Shown here: positions 42,510 through 51,967 of the stretch, piece by piece
How the letters are laid out: each line of letters starts with the position of its first letter
Position numbering within the stretch: position 1 is the stretch's first letter
Program-made: the position numbers and the translations under genes
Notes under the pieces: model-generated
The model's database searches: none
The model's input: the letters and a program-made list of their open reading frames with translations, nothing else
Told to the model about the DNA's origin: nothing
Source of the DNA: Prevotella sp.
Lineage (GTDB): Bacteria > Bacteroidota > Bacteroidia > Bacteroidales > Bacteroidaceae
Reading direction: 5' to 3'
Length of the DNA stretch: 64,000 nt
Assembly (NCBI GenBank): GCA_017458225.1
Contig: JAFTFX010000006.1
Span: 76,103-140,102 of the forward strand

Positions 42510-42944
42510 ATGGAAAAAACATTCGATTTCAGACAAGTACCCGACGGTTGGACACTATGTTTTCTTGCCGACTGTCCACGCCGCGAAGAGTGCATGCGTT
42601 ACCAAGTGGCGCAACTGGCTCCAGAGAAGATGACTAAAGGAAGCTGCGTAATGCCCGTCGTGTTAAAACGCGACTCCTGTCCACACTTCATGCCCGTCCG
42701 CATTGTTCGCGCTGCAGCCGGTTTTACTCAGATTTTCAAGGATGTCAAAGAACGTCATCATGCCGAGATGCGCCAAAAGATTGCCAACCATCTTGGCGGT
42801 GGAGGCACTTACTATCGCTACCGCAACGGCTCAAAGCTGCTCATGCCAGAACAGCAGCAATGGATTCGCAACCTCTTCAAACAATACGGCTATCAGGAGG
42901 AGATAGACTTTGATGACTATCGCAACGTATACCGTTTCGACTGA
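42510..42944 (+). CDS. DUF6078-like protein with a Cys-rich N-terminus and HTH-like C-terminus
   Basis: ATG 42510 behind the -7 box TACCTTTG (42453-42460); C-x4-C-x5-C...C...CPHF; TYYRYRNG..LLMPEQQQWI..LFKQYG. Confidence 0.75.
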   Translation: MEKTFDFRQVPDGWTLCFLADCPRREECMRYQVAQLAPEKMTKGSCVMPVVLKRDSCPHFMPVRIVRAAAGFTQIFKDVKERHHAEMRQKIANHLGGGGTYYRYRNGSKLLMPEQQQWIRNLFKQYGYQEEIDFDDYRNVYRFD

Positions 42945-42961
42945 CCCGTTTACCATTTCGT

Positions 42962-43088
42962 TTACCAGCCTTTGGTAATCAGCTTACCAATAGCTGGTAA
43001 ACTCATTACCAATATACGGTAAGCCTATTACCAAAGTGTGGTAAGCCTATTACCACAATGAGGTAATGGCATTACCAAAAAGCGGTAA
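42962..43088. repeat. Array of six TTACC-N7-GGTAA palindromes separated by N5 (exact 22-bp period)
   Basis: Units start at 42962, 42984, 43006, 43028, 43050 and 43072. Arms are invariant and loops variable; an extra half-site lies at 42950. Confidence 0.95.
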
Positions 43089-43091
43089 ACT

Positions 43092-43490
43092 TTATATCTT
43101 AACAAGACTCTTCAATTTCTCAGCAAGATTGCAAACTTGAGGGAACAGCTCATCAAGCTGTTCCTTACTGACTTGTTTAAAATCCTCGTAGTCACTGCTC
43201 TGTCGAAGACTAAACATTTGAGAAAGGAGTGCTCCGTCATCCAACGACAAAATGCCGGTTTTTACAAAATGCAGATTAACTTGTGCTATCATTCCAGAAT
43301 GGGTCTTCACTGGATGTCCTATACTGATTAGCAGTGCAGAACCTACATACCAAAGCGCATAATACAACCTATTTGCAGACAGATTGTACCATCCTTGCTC
43401 TGCCACTTCTTTTGCCTCATCCAGGGTTTGATAGGCTCGTTCTATGCGGTATTCAACGACTGCGCGTCGGCTTTCGTCATCCATACTCAT
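43092..43490 (-). CDS. HEPN-domain protein (MNT-associated)
   Basis: NRLYYA, KTHSG and RQSSDY motifs; ATGA overlap with the MNT gene. Confidence 0.85.
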   Translation of the reverse strand: MSMDDESRRAVVEYRIERAYQTLDEAKEVAEQGWYNLSANRLYYALWYVGSALLISIGHPVKTHSGMIAQVNLHFVKTGILSLDDGALLSQMFSLRQSSDYEDFKQVSKEQLDELFPQVCNLAEKLKSLVKI

Positions 43491-43807
43491 ATTGCAATTC
43501 CCTCATTCACAACATTATACTTAAACATTGAAGGTGGAGCACCTTCCCATTCGTTACGAGTATACAGAGTAGGATTGATTTCCTCACCATAATCCAGCCC
43601 TTTGTAATAGACAGGATAGCACAGACGCTTGAAGTCTGCAAGCCCTGTTTTCTCCTTATCAACAATTACCAGCACATCCCAATCGCTATCTTCCCTGGCA
43701 TCTCCACGGGCACGAGAGCCATAGAGAATAATCTGAGCTGTAGGTTCAGATTCACGAATGGTATCACGAATCATTGCAATGATTTTAGATCGTTTCTCGT
43801 CTGACAT
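43487..43807 (-). CDS. Minimal nucleotidyltransferase (MNT)
   Basis: LYGSRARGDAREDSDWDVLV (GS-x10-DxD); 106 aa; -7 box TATCTTTG at 43834-43841. Confidence 0.9.
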   Translation of the reverse strand: MSDEKRSKIIAMIRDTIRESEPTAQIILYGSRARGDAREDSDWDVLVIVDKEKTGLADFKRLCYPVYYKGLDYGEEINPTLYTRNEWEGAPPSMFKYNVVNEGIAI

Positions 43808-43949
43808 ATTCCTGATGTATTACACTTTGCGTGCAAAGATAAAGAAATAAAAGCAAAAATGCAAGAAAAGTCGATGTTTTCTTTTGTGGTTCGCTCAGTT
43901 ATTCGTACCTTTGCAACTCGAAACACTATTATATAATAATGTACGTAGA

Positions 43950-44813
43950 ATGAAACCAACAGCAATTCTCCTTCTGCACTGCCCCGACCAACAGGGCATC
44001 ATATCAGAAGTGACTAAGTTTATCACAGACAACAAGGGTAACATCGTCTATCTGGACCAATACGTAGACAAACTCGACGGCATGTTCTTCATGCGCATAG
44101 AATGGGAGCTGGAGGGCTTCCTCATTCCGCGCGAGAAGCTGTATGAATATATCACCACGCTCTATGCCCAGCGCTACAAAATGAAGTTCTCGCTCTATTA
44201 TAGCGACAAACGTCCGCGCATGGCCATCTTCGTCAGCAAGATGAGCCACTGTCTGTACGACCTGCTGGCGCGCTGGAAGGCAGGCGAGTTCAACTGCGAC
44301 ATTCCCTGCATCGTGTCGAACCACGAGGATCTGCGCTATGTGGCCGAGCAGTTCAACATTCCCTACTACGTGTGGAGCATCAAAAAGGACCACTCGAACA
44401 AGGCCGAGGTGGAGCAGGCCGAAATGGAGTTGCTGAAGAAAGAGGACATATCGTTCATTGTGCTGGCACGCTATATGCAGATTATCAGCGACGACATGAT
44501 TGCCACCTATCCGCACCACATCATCAACATTCACCACTCGTTCCTGCCTGCCTTCGTGGGTGCCAAGCCCTATCATCAGGCATGGGAACGCGGCGTGAAA
44601 ATCATAGGAGCCACCAGCCACTATGTGACGGCTGAGCTCGACGCAGGTCCCATCATTGAACAGGACGTGACGCGCATCACCCACAAGGACACGCCCGAGA
44701 GCTTGGTGCTGAAAGGCAAGGATCTGGAGAAGATAGTGCTCTCGCATGCTGTGGCCAAGCATATACAGCGCAAGATTCTGACCTACAAGAACAAGACGAT
44801 CATCTTTTCTTGA
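43950..44813 (+). CDS. purU: Formyltetrahydrofolate deformylase
   Basis: N-terminal ACT domain (CPDQQGI); VLARYMQI, INIHHSFLPAF and GVKIIGATSH motifs; promoter at 43883-43913. Confidence 0.95.
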   Translation: MKPTAILLLHCPDQQGIISEVTKFITDNKGNIVYLDQYVDKLDGMFFMRIEWELEGFLIPREKLYEYITTLYAQRYKMKFSLYYSDKRPRMAIFVSKMSHCLYDLLARWKAGEFNCDIPCIVSNHEDLRYVAEQFNIPYYVWSIKKDHSNKAEVEQAEMELLKKEDISFIVLARYMQIISDDMIATYPHHIINIHHSFLPAFVGAKPYHQAWERGVKIIGATSHYVTAELDAGPIIEQDVTRITHKDTPESLVLKGKDLEKIVLSHAVAKHIQRKILTYKNKTIIFS

Positions 44814-44847
44814 TTGAGAATGGATAATTGACAATTGACAATCGACA
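44813..44847 (+). repeat. Five tandem degenerate heptamers (ATTGACA-like)
   Basis: attgaga atggata attgaca attgaca atcgaca fill the purU-hisH gap. Confidence 0.75.
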
Positions 44848-45435
44848 ATGAACGTAGCAATCGTAAAATATAATGCCGGCAATATCTTCTCAGTGCTCAC
44901 TGCGCTGAAGCGACTGGGCATCGAGCCATTGCTGACCGACGATGCTGAAGAGCTGCGCAAGGCCGACCGTGTAATCTTTCCTGGACAGGGCGAGGCACGT
45001 GGGGCAATGGAGTATCTGCAGGCGCGCGGCCTCGACCAGGTGATTCGTTCGCTCCGCCAGCCGGTGCTGGGCATCTGTGTGGGGCAGCAGCTGCTGTGCC
45101 GCCATTCAGAGGAAGGCGATGTTGACTGCATCGGCATCTTCGATGCTGAGGTGAAGCGCTTCTGCCCCACCCGACATGAGGAGAAAGTGCCCTGCATGGG
45201 GTGGAACCGCCTGTACGACACCCGTCCTGAACTGATGAACGGTATTGAAGGACAGTATGTCTACTTCGTGCACAGCTACTACGTGCCGCTCTGCAAAGAG
45301 ACAATAGCTGCGGCCGACTATATCCTGCCCTACAGCGCTGCCCTCCACAAAGACAATTTCTACGCCACCCAGTTCCACCCCGAGAAGAGCGGCAGCGTGG
45401 GTGAGCAGATCATTAAAAACTTTCTTGCCCTATGA
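44848..45435 (+). CDS. hisH: Imidazole glycerol phosphate synthase, glutaminase subunit
   Basis: PGQG, LGICVGQQ, YFVHSY and QFHPEKS motifs. Confidence 0.96.
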   Translation: MNVAIVKYNAGNIFSVLTALKRLGIEPLLTDDAEELRKADRVIFPGQGEARGAMEYLQARGLDQVIRSLRQPVLGICVGQQLLCRHSEEGDVDCIGIFDAEVKRFCPTRHEEKVPCMGWNRLYDTRPELMNGIEGQYVYFVHSYYVPLCKETIAAADYILPYSAALHKDNFYATQFHPEKSGSVGEQIIKNFLAL

Positions 45436-46163
45436 TAAAGATAGAACTGGTACCGGCCATCGACATCATTGACGGGAAGTGCGTGCGCCTGACCAAGGGC
45501 GACTACGACCAGAAGACGGTCTATCGCGACTCGCCTGCCGAGGTGGCAAAGGAGTTTGAAGACCTGGGCTTCAAGCGTCTGCACGTAGTAGACCTGGACG
45601 GAGCCAAGTCGAAGCATATCGTCAACAGCGAGGTGCTGCGGCAGATAACGACTGCGACGCACCTGACCGTCGATTTCGGAGGCGGCATCAAGACCGACGA
45701 CGATATTCAGCAGGCCTTCGACGCAGGCGCATCAATGGTGACCGTAGGTTCGGTGGCCGTCACTTGTCCCGATCTGTTCGAGGGATGGCTGCAGAGATAT
45801 GGTGCCGAGCGCATGATTCTGGGAGCCGATGTGCGAAACGGCCGCATCAGCATCAACGGTTGGAAGGAAGACTCCGACGAGTCACTACTGCCTTTCTTGG
45901 AGAAATATGTCCGTATGGGTGTAAAAAACGTGCTCTGCACAGAGATATCGAAAGACGGCACCCTCAGCGGTCCTGCCATCGAACTCTATAAACAGGTGAT
46001 GGCGGCCTACCCTGCCCTGCACCTGATAGCCAGCGGCGGCGTGAGCTCGCAGGCAGACATCGAGGCCCTCAGCGAAGCCGGCATTCCGTCGGTAGTATTT
46101 GGGAAGGCCATCTATGAAGGCCGAATCGACCTGAAGGAGTTAATTGCGAATAATGAAAAGTGA
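45432..46163 (+). CDS. hisA: ProFAR isomerase
   Basis: [26 protein letters not shown] and ASGGV motifs. Confidence 0.96.
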   Translation: MIKIELVPAIDIIDGKCVRLTKGDYDQKTVYRDSPAEVAKEFEDLGFKRLHVVDLDGAKSKHIVNSEVLRQITTATHLTVDFGGGIKTDDDIQQAFDAGASMVTVGSVAVTCPDLFEGWLQRYGAERMILGADVRNGRISINGWKEDSDESLLPFLEKYVRMGVKNVLCTEISKDGTLSGPAIELYKQVMAAYPALHLIASGGVSSQADIEALSEAGIPSVVFGKAIYEGRIDLKELIANNEK

Positions 46164-46174
46164 ACAATAGCGAA

Positions 46175-46933
46175 ATGGGACTGGCAAAAAGAATCATACC
46201 CTGTCTGGATGTTAAGAACGGTGAGACGGTCAAAGGCGTAAACTTCGTAGACCTGCGCAGTGCCGGCGACCCTGTGGAACTGGGCAAAGCCTATAGCGAT
46301 GCAGGAGCTGACGAACTGGTGTTTCTCGACATCACCGCATCGTTCGAGGGGCGCAAGACGTTCACCGAGATGGTCACCCGTGTGGCCGAGGCTATCAATA
46401 TTCCGTTCACTGTAGGCGGAGGCATCAACGAGCTTGCCGACGTGGAGCGTCTGCTCTATGCCGGAGCCGACAAGGTGAGTGTGAACAGTGCAGCCCTGCG
46501 CCGCCCTGAACTTATCGAAGAGATAGCAAAACGCTTCGGCTCGCAGGTGTGCGTCTGCGCCATCGATGGCAGAAATGATTCAGACGGCTGGCATTGCTAT
46601 CTGAAGGGCGGCCGTGAGCGAACAGAGCGCGGCCTGTTTGAATGGGCTCACGAAGCGCAGGAGCGCGGAGCCGGCGAGATACTGTTCACCAGCATGAACC
46701 ACGACGGCGTGAAGACAGGCTATGCCAACGAAGCACTGGCCCAACTGGCCGACGAGCTAAGCATTCCCGTGATAGCCAGCGGCGGTGCTGGCAAGAAAGA
46801 GCATTTCTGCGATGCCTTCATTGAAGGCAAAGCCGATGCTGCCCTTGCCGCCAGCGTGTTCCACTTCGGAGAAATCAACATACAAGAACTGAAGCAATAC
46901 CTTCACAACGAAGGAATCAACGTAAGATTATAG
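46175..46933 (+). CDS. hisF: Imidazole glycerol phosphate synthase, cyclase subunit
   Basis: [24 protein letters not shown] and AALAASVFH motifs. Confidence 0.97.
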   Translation: MGLAKRIIPCLDVKNGETVKGVNFVDLRSAGDPVELGKAYSDAGADELVFLDITASFEGRKTFTEMVTRVAEAINIPFTVGGGINELADVERLLYAGADKVSVNSAALRRPELIEEIAKRFGSQVCVCAIDGRNDSDGWHCYLKGGRERTERGLFEWAHEAQERGAGEILFTSMNHDGVKTGYANEALAQLADELSIPVIASGGAGKKEHFCDAFIEGKADAALAASVFHFGEINIQELKQYLHNEGINVRL

Positions 46934-46936
46934 AAT

Positions 46937-47584
46937 ATGAACATAGACTTTAAGAAATGCGGAGGCCTTGTCCCTGCCATCATTCAAGATGCAAAGACCA
47001 AGAACGTGCTGATGCTGGGATACATGAACGAAGAGGCTCTGCAAAAGACACTCGACACGAAGAAAGTGACCTTCTGGAGCCGCAGTCGCCAGTGTCTGTG
47101 GACGAAAGGCGAGACATCGGGCAACTTCCTCGACTTGGTGAGCATCAAAGCCGACTGCGACAACGATACTCTGCTGGTCAGGGCCATACCTCACGGTCCG
47201 ACCTGCCACACAGGCACAGACACCTGTTGGGCCGAACAGAACGATGAAAGCCCCATCCAGTTCCTGACAGAGCTGCAGGACTTCATCGAGAAGCGCCACG
47301 AGCAGATGCCTGAAGGCAGCTATACCACCAAACTGTTCAAGGACGGTGTGAACAAGATGGCTCAGAAGGTGGGCGAAGAGGCCCTTGAGACCGTCATCGA
47401 AGCAACCAACGGCACTAGCGAGCACTTGGTATACGAGGCTTCCGACATGCTATACCACCTGATTGTGCTGTTGACCAGCAAAGGACTTCGCATTGAAGAT
47501 TTGGCCACAGAACTACACCGTCGCCACGACCCCAACTGGGATGCTCAGCGACGCAAGGCAAAGGCCGAAGGCACGATGGAGTGA
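46937..47584 (+). CDS. hisIE: Bifunctional PR-AMP cyclohydrolase / PR-ATP pyrophosphatase
   Basis: WTKGETSG, DCDNDTLL, CHTG and KVGEEA motifs. Confidence 0.96.
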   Translation: MNIDFKKCGGLVPAIIQDAKTKNVLMLGYMNEEALQKTLDTKKVTFWSRSRQCLWTKGETSGNFLDLVSIKADCDNDTLLVRAIPHGPTCHTGTDTCWAEQNDESPIQFLTELQDFIEKRHEQMPEGSYTTKLFKDGVNKMAQKVGEEALETVIEATNGTSEHLVYEASDMLYHLIVLLTSKGLRIEDLATELHRRHDPNWDAQRRKAKAEGTME

Positions 47585-47645
47585 CCGCCAAACGCTGTCC
47601 TCGAGAAAAGAACATGTTGACCGAAAAAAAAGGCAAAGAAACACT

Positions 47646-48356
47646 ATGTTAGTAGAATATAAGAACGCAACCATTTACCAGCAGGACGGGTCGGTTGTCT
47701 TGAACCATGTTGACTTCAAGGTCGACGAGAGCGAGTTTGTCTATCTCATCGGCCGTGTGGGTTCAGGAAAAAGTTCGCTGCTCAAGACCATCTACTTCGA
47801 ACTGGAGGTCGACGAGGCCGACAAAGCTGAAGTGCTGGGTGTCGACCTGAAAGCCCTGCGCAGAAAACACATCCCCATGTTGCGCCGACAAATGGGCATT
47901 GTTTTTCAGGACTTTCAACTGCTGGCCGACCGCACAGTCTACAAGAATCTTCGTTTCGTGCTGCGTGCTACCGGCTGGAAGAAGAACGAGGTTGACGACC
48001 GTATAGAAGAAGTTCTCACGCTGGTGGGCATGAAGGACAAGATGCTCAGCATGCCCCACGAACTGTCGGGCGGCGAACAACAGCGAGTGGCCATTGCACG
48101 AGCCCTGCTCAACAATCCCAAGATGATCATCGCCGACGAGCCCACTGGCAACCTTGATCCGGAAACAGCCCTGAACATCATGAACATACTGCGCGAAATA
48201 TCGCAGACAGGAACAGCCGTCGTGATGTCTACCCACAACATGCCCCTGTTGGAGCAATATCCAGGCATCGTCTACAAATGCGAAGACGAACACGTTGAGG
48301 AAATCACCGATGTCTACAACAAGATGAACATCAGTGAGGAAGAAGAGGAACAATAA
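47646..48356 (+). CDS. ftsE: FtsE-like ABC ATPase
   Basis: [37 protein letters not shown] and ADEPTGNLD motifs; ATG 47646. Confidence 0.8.
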   Translation: MLVEYKNATIYQQDGSVVLNHVDFKVDESEFVYLIGRVGSGKSSLLKTIYFELEVDEADKAEVLGVDLKALRRKHIPMLRRQMGIVFQDFQLLADRTVYKNLRFVLRATGWKKNEVDDRIEEVLTLVGMKDKMLSMPHELSGGEQQRVAIARALLNNPKMIIADEPTGNLDPETALNIMNILREISQTGTAVVMSTHNMPLLEQYPGIVYKCEDEHVEEITDVYNKMNISEEEEEQ

Positions 48357-48388
48357 AAGCAATAACATAAAAATATAACAGAAAGACT

Positions 48389-49705
48389 ATGAAAGTAATG
48401 AAGTTTGGCGGAACCTCAGTAGGTACGCCACAGAGAATGAAAGAAGTCACAGCACTGGTCACCAAGTCAAAGGAGCCTGTCTTTGTGGTTCTTTCGGCCA
48501 TGTCGGGCACGACGAACTCGCTGGTTGAGATTTCCGACTATCTCTACAAGAAGAACCCCGACGGTGCTAACGAGGTCATCAACCGTCTGGAGCAGAAATA
48601 CCTGCGCCACATGGAAGAGCTATACACCGCTGAGGAGTACAAGAAACTGACAACCGATTTCCTGCACGAGGAGTTCAACTTCCTGCGTTCGTTCACGAAA
48701 GAGCTGTTCACCAGTTTTGAGGAGAAGAGCATCGTGGCTCAAGGCGAAATGATGTCGACGAACATGGTGGTGAACTACATGAAGCAGCAGGGTATCGATG
48801 CCATCTTGCTCAATGCTCTCGACTTCATGCGTACCGACAAGAATGCCGAGCCCGATCCCACCTACATCAAAGAGAAGCTGAATGCCATTCTGGAAAAAGA
48901 AGGCCAGCATCAGGTGTACATCACGCAGGGCTTCATCTGCCGCAATGCTTACGGTGAAATCGACAATCTGCAGCGTGGCGGCAGCGACTATACTGCTTCG
49001 CTCATCGGTGCTGCCATCAATGCCGAGGAGATTCAGATATGGACTGACATCGACGGTATGCACAACAACGATCCCCGCGTGGTAGACAAGACAGAGCCCG
49101 TTCATCAGCTGCACTTCGAGGAAGCTGCCGAGCTGGCTTACTTCGGTGCCAAGATTCTTCATCCCACTTGCGTTCAGCCGGCTAAGTATGCAGGCATTCC
49201 CGTCCGTCTGTTGAATACGATGGATCCTGAAGCTGAAGGCACAACCATCTCAAACGCTACCGAGTATGGCAAGATCAAGGCCGTAGCAGCCAAGGACAAC
49301 ATCATCGCCATCAAGATCAAGTCGTCGCGCATGCTGCTGGCTACCGGATTCCTGCGCAAGGTGTTCGAGATCTTCGAGAGCTATCAGACCCCCATCGATA
49401 TGGTGTGCACCTCTGAGGTAGGTGTCTCCATGAGTATCGACAACTCGGCACACCTAGGCGAGATTGTCGACGAGCTGAAGAAATACGGAACAGTCACCGT
49501 CGACACAGGCATGTGCGTCGTCTGCGTGGTGGGCGACCTCGACTGGTCGAACATCGGCTTCGAGACTCGCGTGCTCGATGCCATGAAGAATATCCCCGTC
49601 CGCATGATCAGCTACGGTGGCTCCAACTACAACATCTCCTTCCTGATTCGTGAAGAAGACAAGAAGCGAGCCTTGCAGGCACTGAGCGACACGCTGTTCA
49701 AATAA
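48389..49705 (+). CDS. lysC: Aspartate kinase
   Basis: KFGGTSVG, RGGSDYTA, WTDIDG and GAKILHP motifs; C-terminal ACT domains. Confidence 0.95.
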   Translation: MKVMKFGGTSVGTPQRMKEVTALVTKSKEPVFVVLSAMSGTTNSLVEISDYLYKKNPDGANEVINRLEQKYLRHMEELYTAEEYKKLTTDFLHEEFNFLRSFTKELFTSFEEKSIVAQGEMMSTNMVVNYMKQQGIDAILLNALDFMRTDKNAEPDPTYIKEKLNAILEKEGQHQVYITQGFICRNAYGEIDNLQRGGSDYTASLIGAAINAEEIQIWTDIDGMHNNDPRVVDKTEPVHQLHFEEAAELAYFGAKILHPTCVQPAKYAGIPVRLLNTMDPEAEGTTISNATEYGKIKAVAAKDNIIAIKIKSSRMLLATGFLRKVFEIFESYQTPIDMVCTSEVGVSMSIDNSAHLGEIVDELKKYGTVTVDTGMCVVCVVGDLDWSNIGFETRVLDAMKNIPVRMISYGGSNYNISFLIREEDKKRALQALSDTLFK

Positions 49706-49749
49706 AGAAAAAAAAAGAAGAATCACAACACACAACACGACACCGACAC

Positions 49750-50910
49750 ATGAAAGGTAAATTTCCTTTGGAACGATTTGCGCAGATGCGCACGCCCTTC
49801 TACTATTATGACATGGAACTGCTCAGGGCAACACTCCGTGCCATAAACCAAGAGACGCAGAAGTACGAAAACTTCTGTGTGCACTATGCCGTCAAGGCCA
49901 ATGCCAACCCAAAGGTGCTTCGCTCTATTCGCGAGGCAGGCTTGGGTGCCGACTGCGTGAGTGGCGGCGAGATTGAGGCTGCCATCCGTGCAGGCTTCCC
50001 TGCCGACAAGATTGTCTACGCCGGCGTAGGCAAGAGCGACTGGGAGATCAACCTGGGACTCGACAACGACATTTTCTGCTTCAATGTAGAGAGTGTACCC
50101 GAGTTGCAAGTGATTAACGAACTGGCAGCTGCCAAGGGCAAGACCGCCAACGTGGCCTTCCGCATCAATCCTGATGTAGGAGCACATACGCATGCCAACA
50201 TCACAACCGGCCTGGCCGAGAACAAGTTCGGCATCGCCATGCGCGACATGGAGTCAGTCATTGAGCAGGCTCAAAGCTTGAAGAACGTTCGTTTCGTAGG
50301 ATTACACTTCCATATCGGTTCGCAGATACTCGACATGGGCGACTTCCAGGCACTCTGCAATCGCATCAACGAACTGCAAGACCAACTGGAAAGCCACCGT
50401 ATCATTGTTGAGAACATCAATGTTGGCGGCGGCCTCGGCATCGACTATCAGCACCCCAACCGTGTGCCCATCCCCGACTTCAAGGCCTATTTCGATACCT
50501 ACGCCAAGCGGTTGCGCCTGCGTCCAGGACAAAAGCTACACTTCGAACTGGGGCGTGCTGTCGTGGCACAGTGTGGTTCTCTTATCGCGCGTACCTTATA
50601 TATTAAAGAAGGGGCTCACAAGAAGTTTGCCATTCTCGATGCCGGCATGACCGACCTGATTCGTCCGGCCCTCTATCAGGCTTATCACAAGATTGAGAAC
50701 CTATCAAGCGAGGAGCCGATGGAGGCATATGACGTAGTTGGTCCTATCTGCGAGTCAAGCGACGTGTTTGCCAAGCAGATGGATCTTAATGCCGCACATC
50801 GTGGCGACCTGATGGCCATCCGCTCTGCAGGAGCCTACGGCGAGATCATGGCTTCGTGCTACAACTGCCGACCGTTACCTATAGGCTACAGCAGCGACGA
50901 ACTCTTCTGA
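49750..50910 (+). CDS. lysA: Diaminopimelate decarboxylase
   Basis: YAVKAN, NKFG, HFHIGSQ, GPICESSD and GAYG motifs. Confidence 0.96.
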   Translation: MKGKFPLERFAQMRTPFYYYDMELLRATLRAINQETQKYENFCVHYAVKANANPKVLRSIREAGLGADCVSGGEIEAAIRAGFPADKIVYAGVGKSDWEINLGLDNDIFCFNVESVPELQVINELAAAKGKTANVAFRINPDVGAHTHANITTGLAENKFGIAMRDMESVIEQAQSLKNVRFVGLHFHIGSQILDMGDFQALCNRINELQDQLESHRIIVENINVGGGLGIDYQHPNRVPIPDFKAYFDTYAKRLRLRPGQKLHFELGRAVVAQCGSLIARTLYIKEGAHKKFAILDAGMTDLIRPALYQAYHKIENLSSEEPMEAYDVVGPICESSDVFAKQMDLNAAHRGDLMAIRSAGAYGEIMASCYNCRPLPIGYSSDELF

Positions 50911-50938
50911 ACTGAAAACATCTATTGATTCCGGCACC

Positions 50939-51967
50939 ATGCATATCGTCCATATCTATCCGGCAAACGATCCTGAGACGGCCCATTACGTCAGTCTTCT
51001 TTCGGCACTCCCCAACGAGCAGGTCGAAACGACTGACGATGCCAAGGCGTTGCAGAAGATATGTGCCGAACGATGTCCAGACATCATCCATCAGCATGGT
51101 TGTCTGAATACTGAGATTATCAAATGTACACTTGCAGCACGCCAGCAGGGGGCTCGCATCGTGCTGACACCTCACGGCCAACTGGAGCCTTGGGAGACCG
51201 ATAGGCACATGATGCTCAAGCCGTCAGGGCTCCGTCAGTTAGTGGCCCATGCCTACAGCATCATCGCCCGAAGTCCAATGGAAGTCGACGAGTTGCACCA
51301 TCTGGAATGGAACACACGCATTGAGACCGTTCGCAATCCCGTCATTACGCGCTCTGTCAGCAAAGAAGACTTTCTTGCAGCCCATCAGCGCATCTACCGA
51401 CAAGTGATGGACTCTAATGTGCTGGAACTAATGGATGAAACAACGCTGAAGTCTATGCGCACATTGTTGAAAGTGGGCATCACCGGCGACGAGCGTTGGG
51501 GCGAGCCTCTTGAACCGACAGCTGTCAGTTGGCACCTCTTGACCATCTACGCCCAGCAAGAGGGCATCTTGCCTTTCATTGAGAAAGGGTGTCTTGCCTT
51601 GGGCATACAGATGCCCGAGAAACAAGCTGTTCCAAACTATCTGCCCGACAGCTACGTTGCTCCAGCCCCATTGACGGGAAAACCACTGAGCGATATGATC
51701 AGGCACATCCACCGTCAGGTACAGGACAAGACACTCTCGCTACTGTCACTGGCAGAACTGGACGCAGCGTTGCGATGCAACGACGTGGAAGACGACCACC
51801 TCATGCAACAGTTGGAGGCCGACAGGCTCAGTCAATTCTTCAGTGCCCTCATGACCATTATGAACGAGCAGACGGGGCTCGACGAGGGCTTCATGCCCTG
51901 CACACCCGTCAACAATCAGGAAACTAATCGAATCAGAACAATCATCAAAGAACACCTACAAATATGA
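50939..51967 (+). CDS. Hypothetical protein with an N-terminal GT4-like (GT-B N-lobe) domain
   Basis: PDIIHQHGC, IVLTPHGQLEPW and VRNP motifs; no recognisable GT-B C-lobe; ATGA-coupled to fbp. Confidence 0.6.
   Translation: MHIVHIYPANDPETAHYVSLLSALPNEQVETTDDAKALQKICAERCPDIIHQHGCLNTEIIKCTLAARQQGARIVLTPHGQLEPWETDRHMMLKPSGLRQLVAHAYSIIARSPMEVDELHHLEWNTRIETVRNPVITRSVSKEDFLAAHQRIYRQVMDSNVLELMDETTLKSMRTLLKVGITGDERWGEPLEPTAVSWHLLTIYAQQEGILPFIEKGCLALGIQMPEKQAVPNYLPDSYVAPAPLTGKPLSDMIRHIHRQVQDKTLSLLSLAELDAALRCNDVEDDHLMQQLEADRLSQFFSALMTIMNEQTGLDEGFMPCTPVNNQETNRIRTIIKEHLQI

Noticed and set aside
42962-43088. CRISPR or TIGR-like guide array
   Set aside because: The variable segments are only 5-7 nt, too short for spacers, and no cas or Nop-domain gene is nearby; kept as an unexplained array instead.
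47646-48356. ftsE without ftsX inside a his/lys cluster
   Set aside because: To my knowledge this arrangement is usual in Bacteroidales, so it is not treated as novel.
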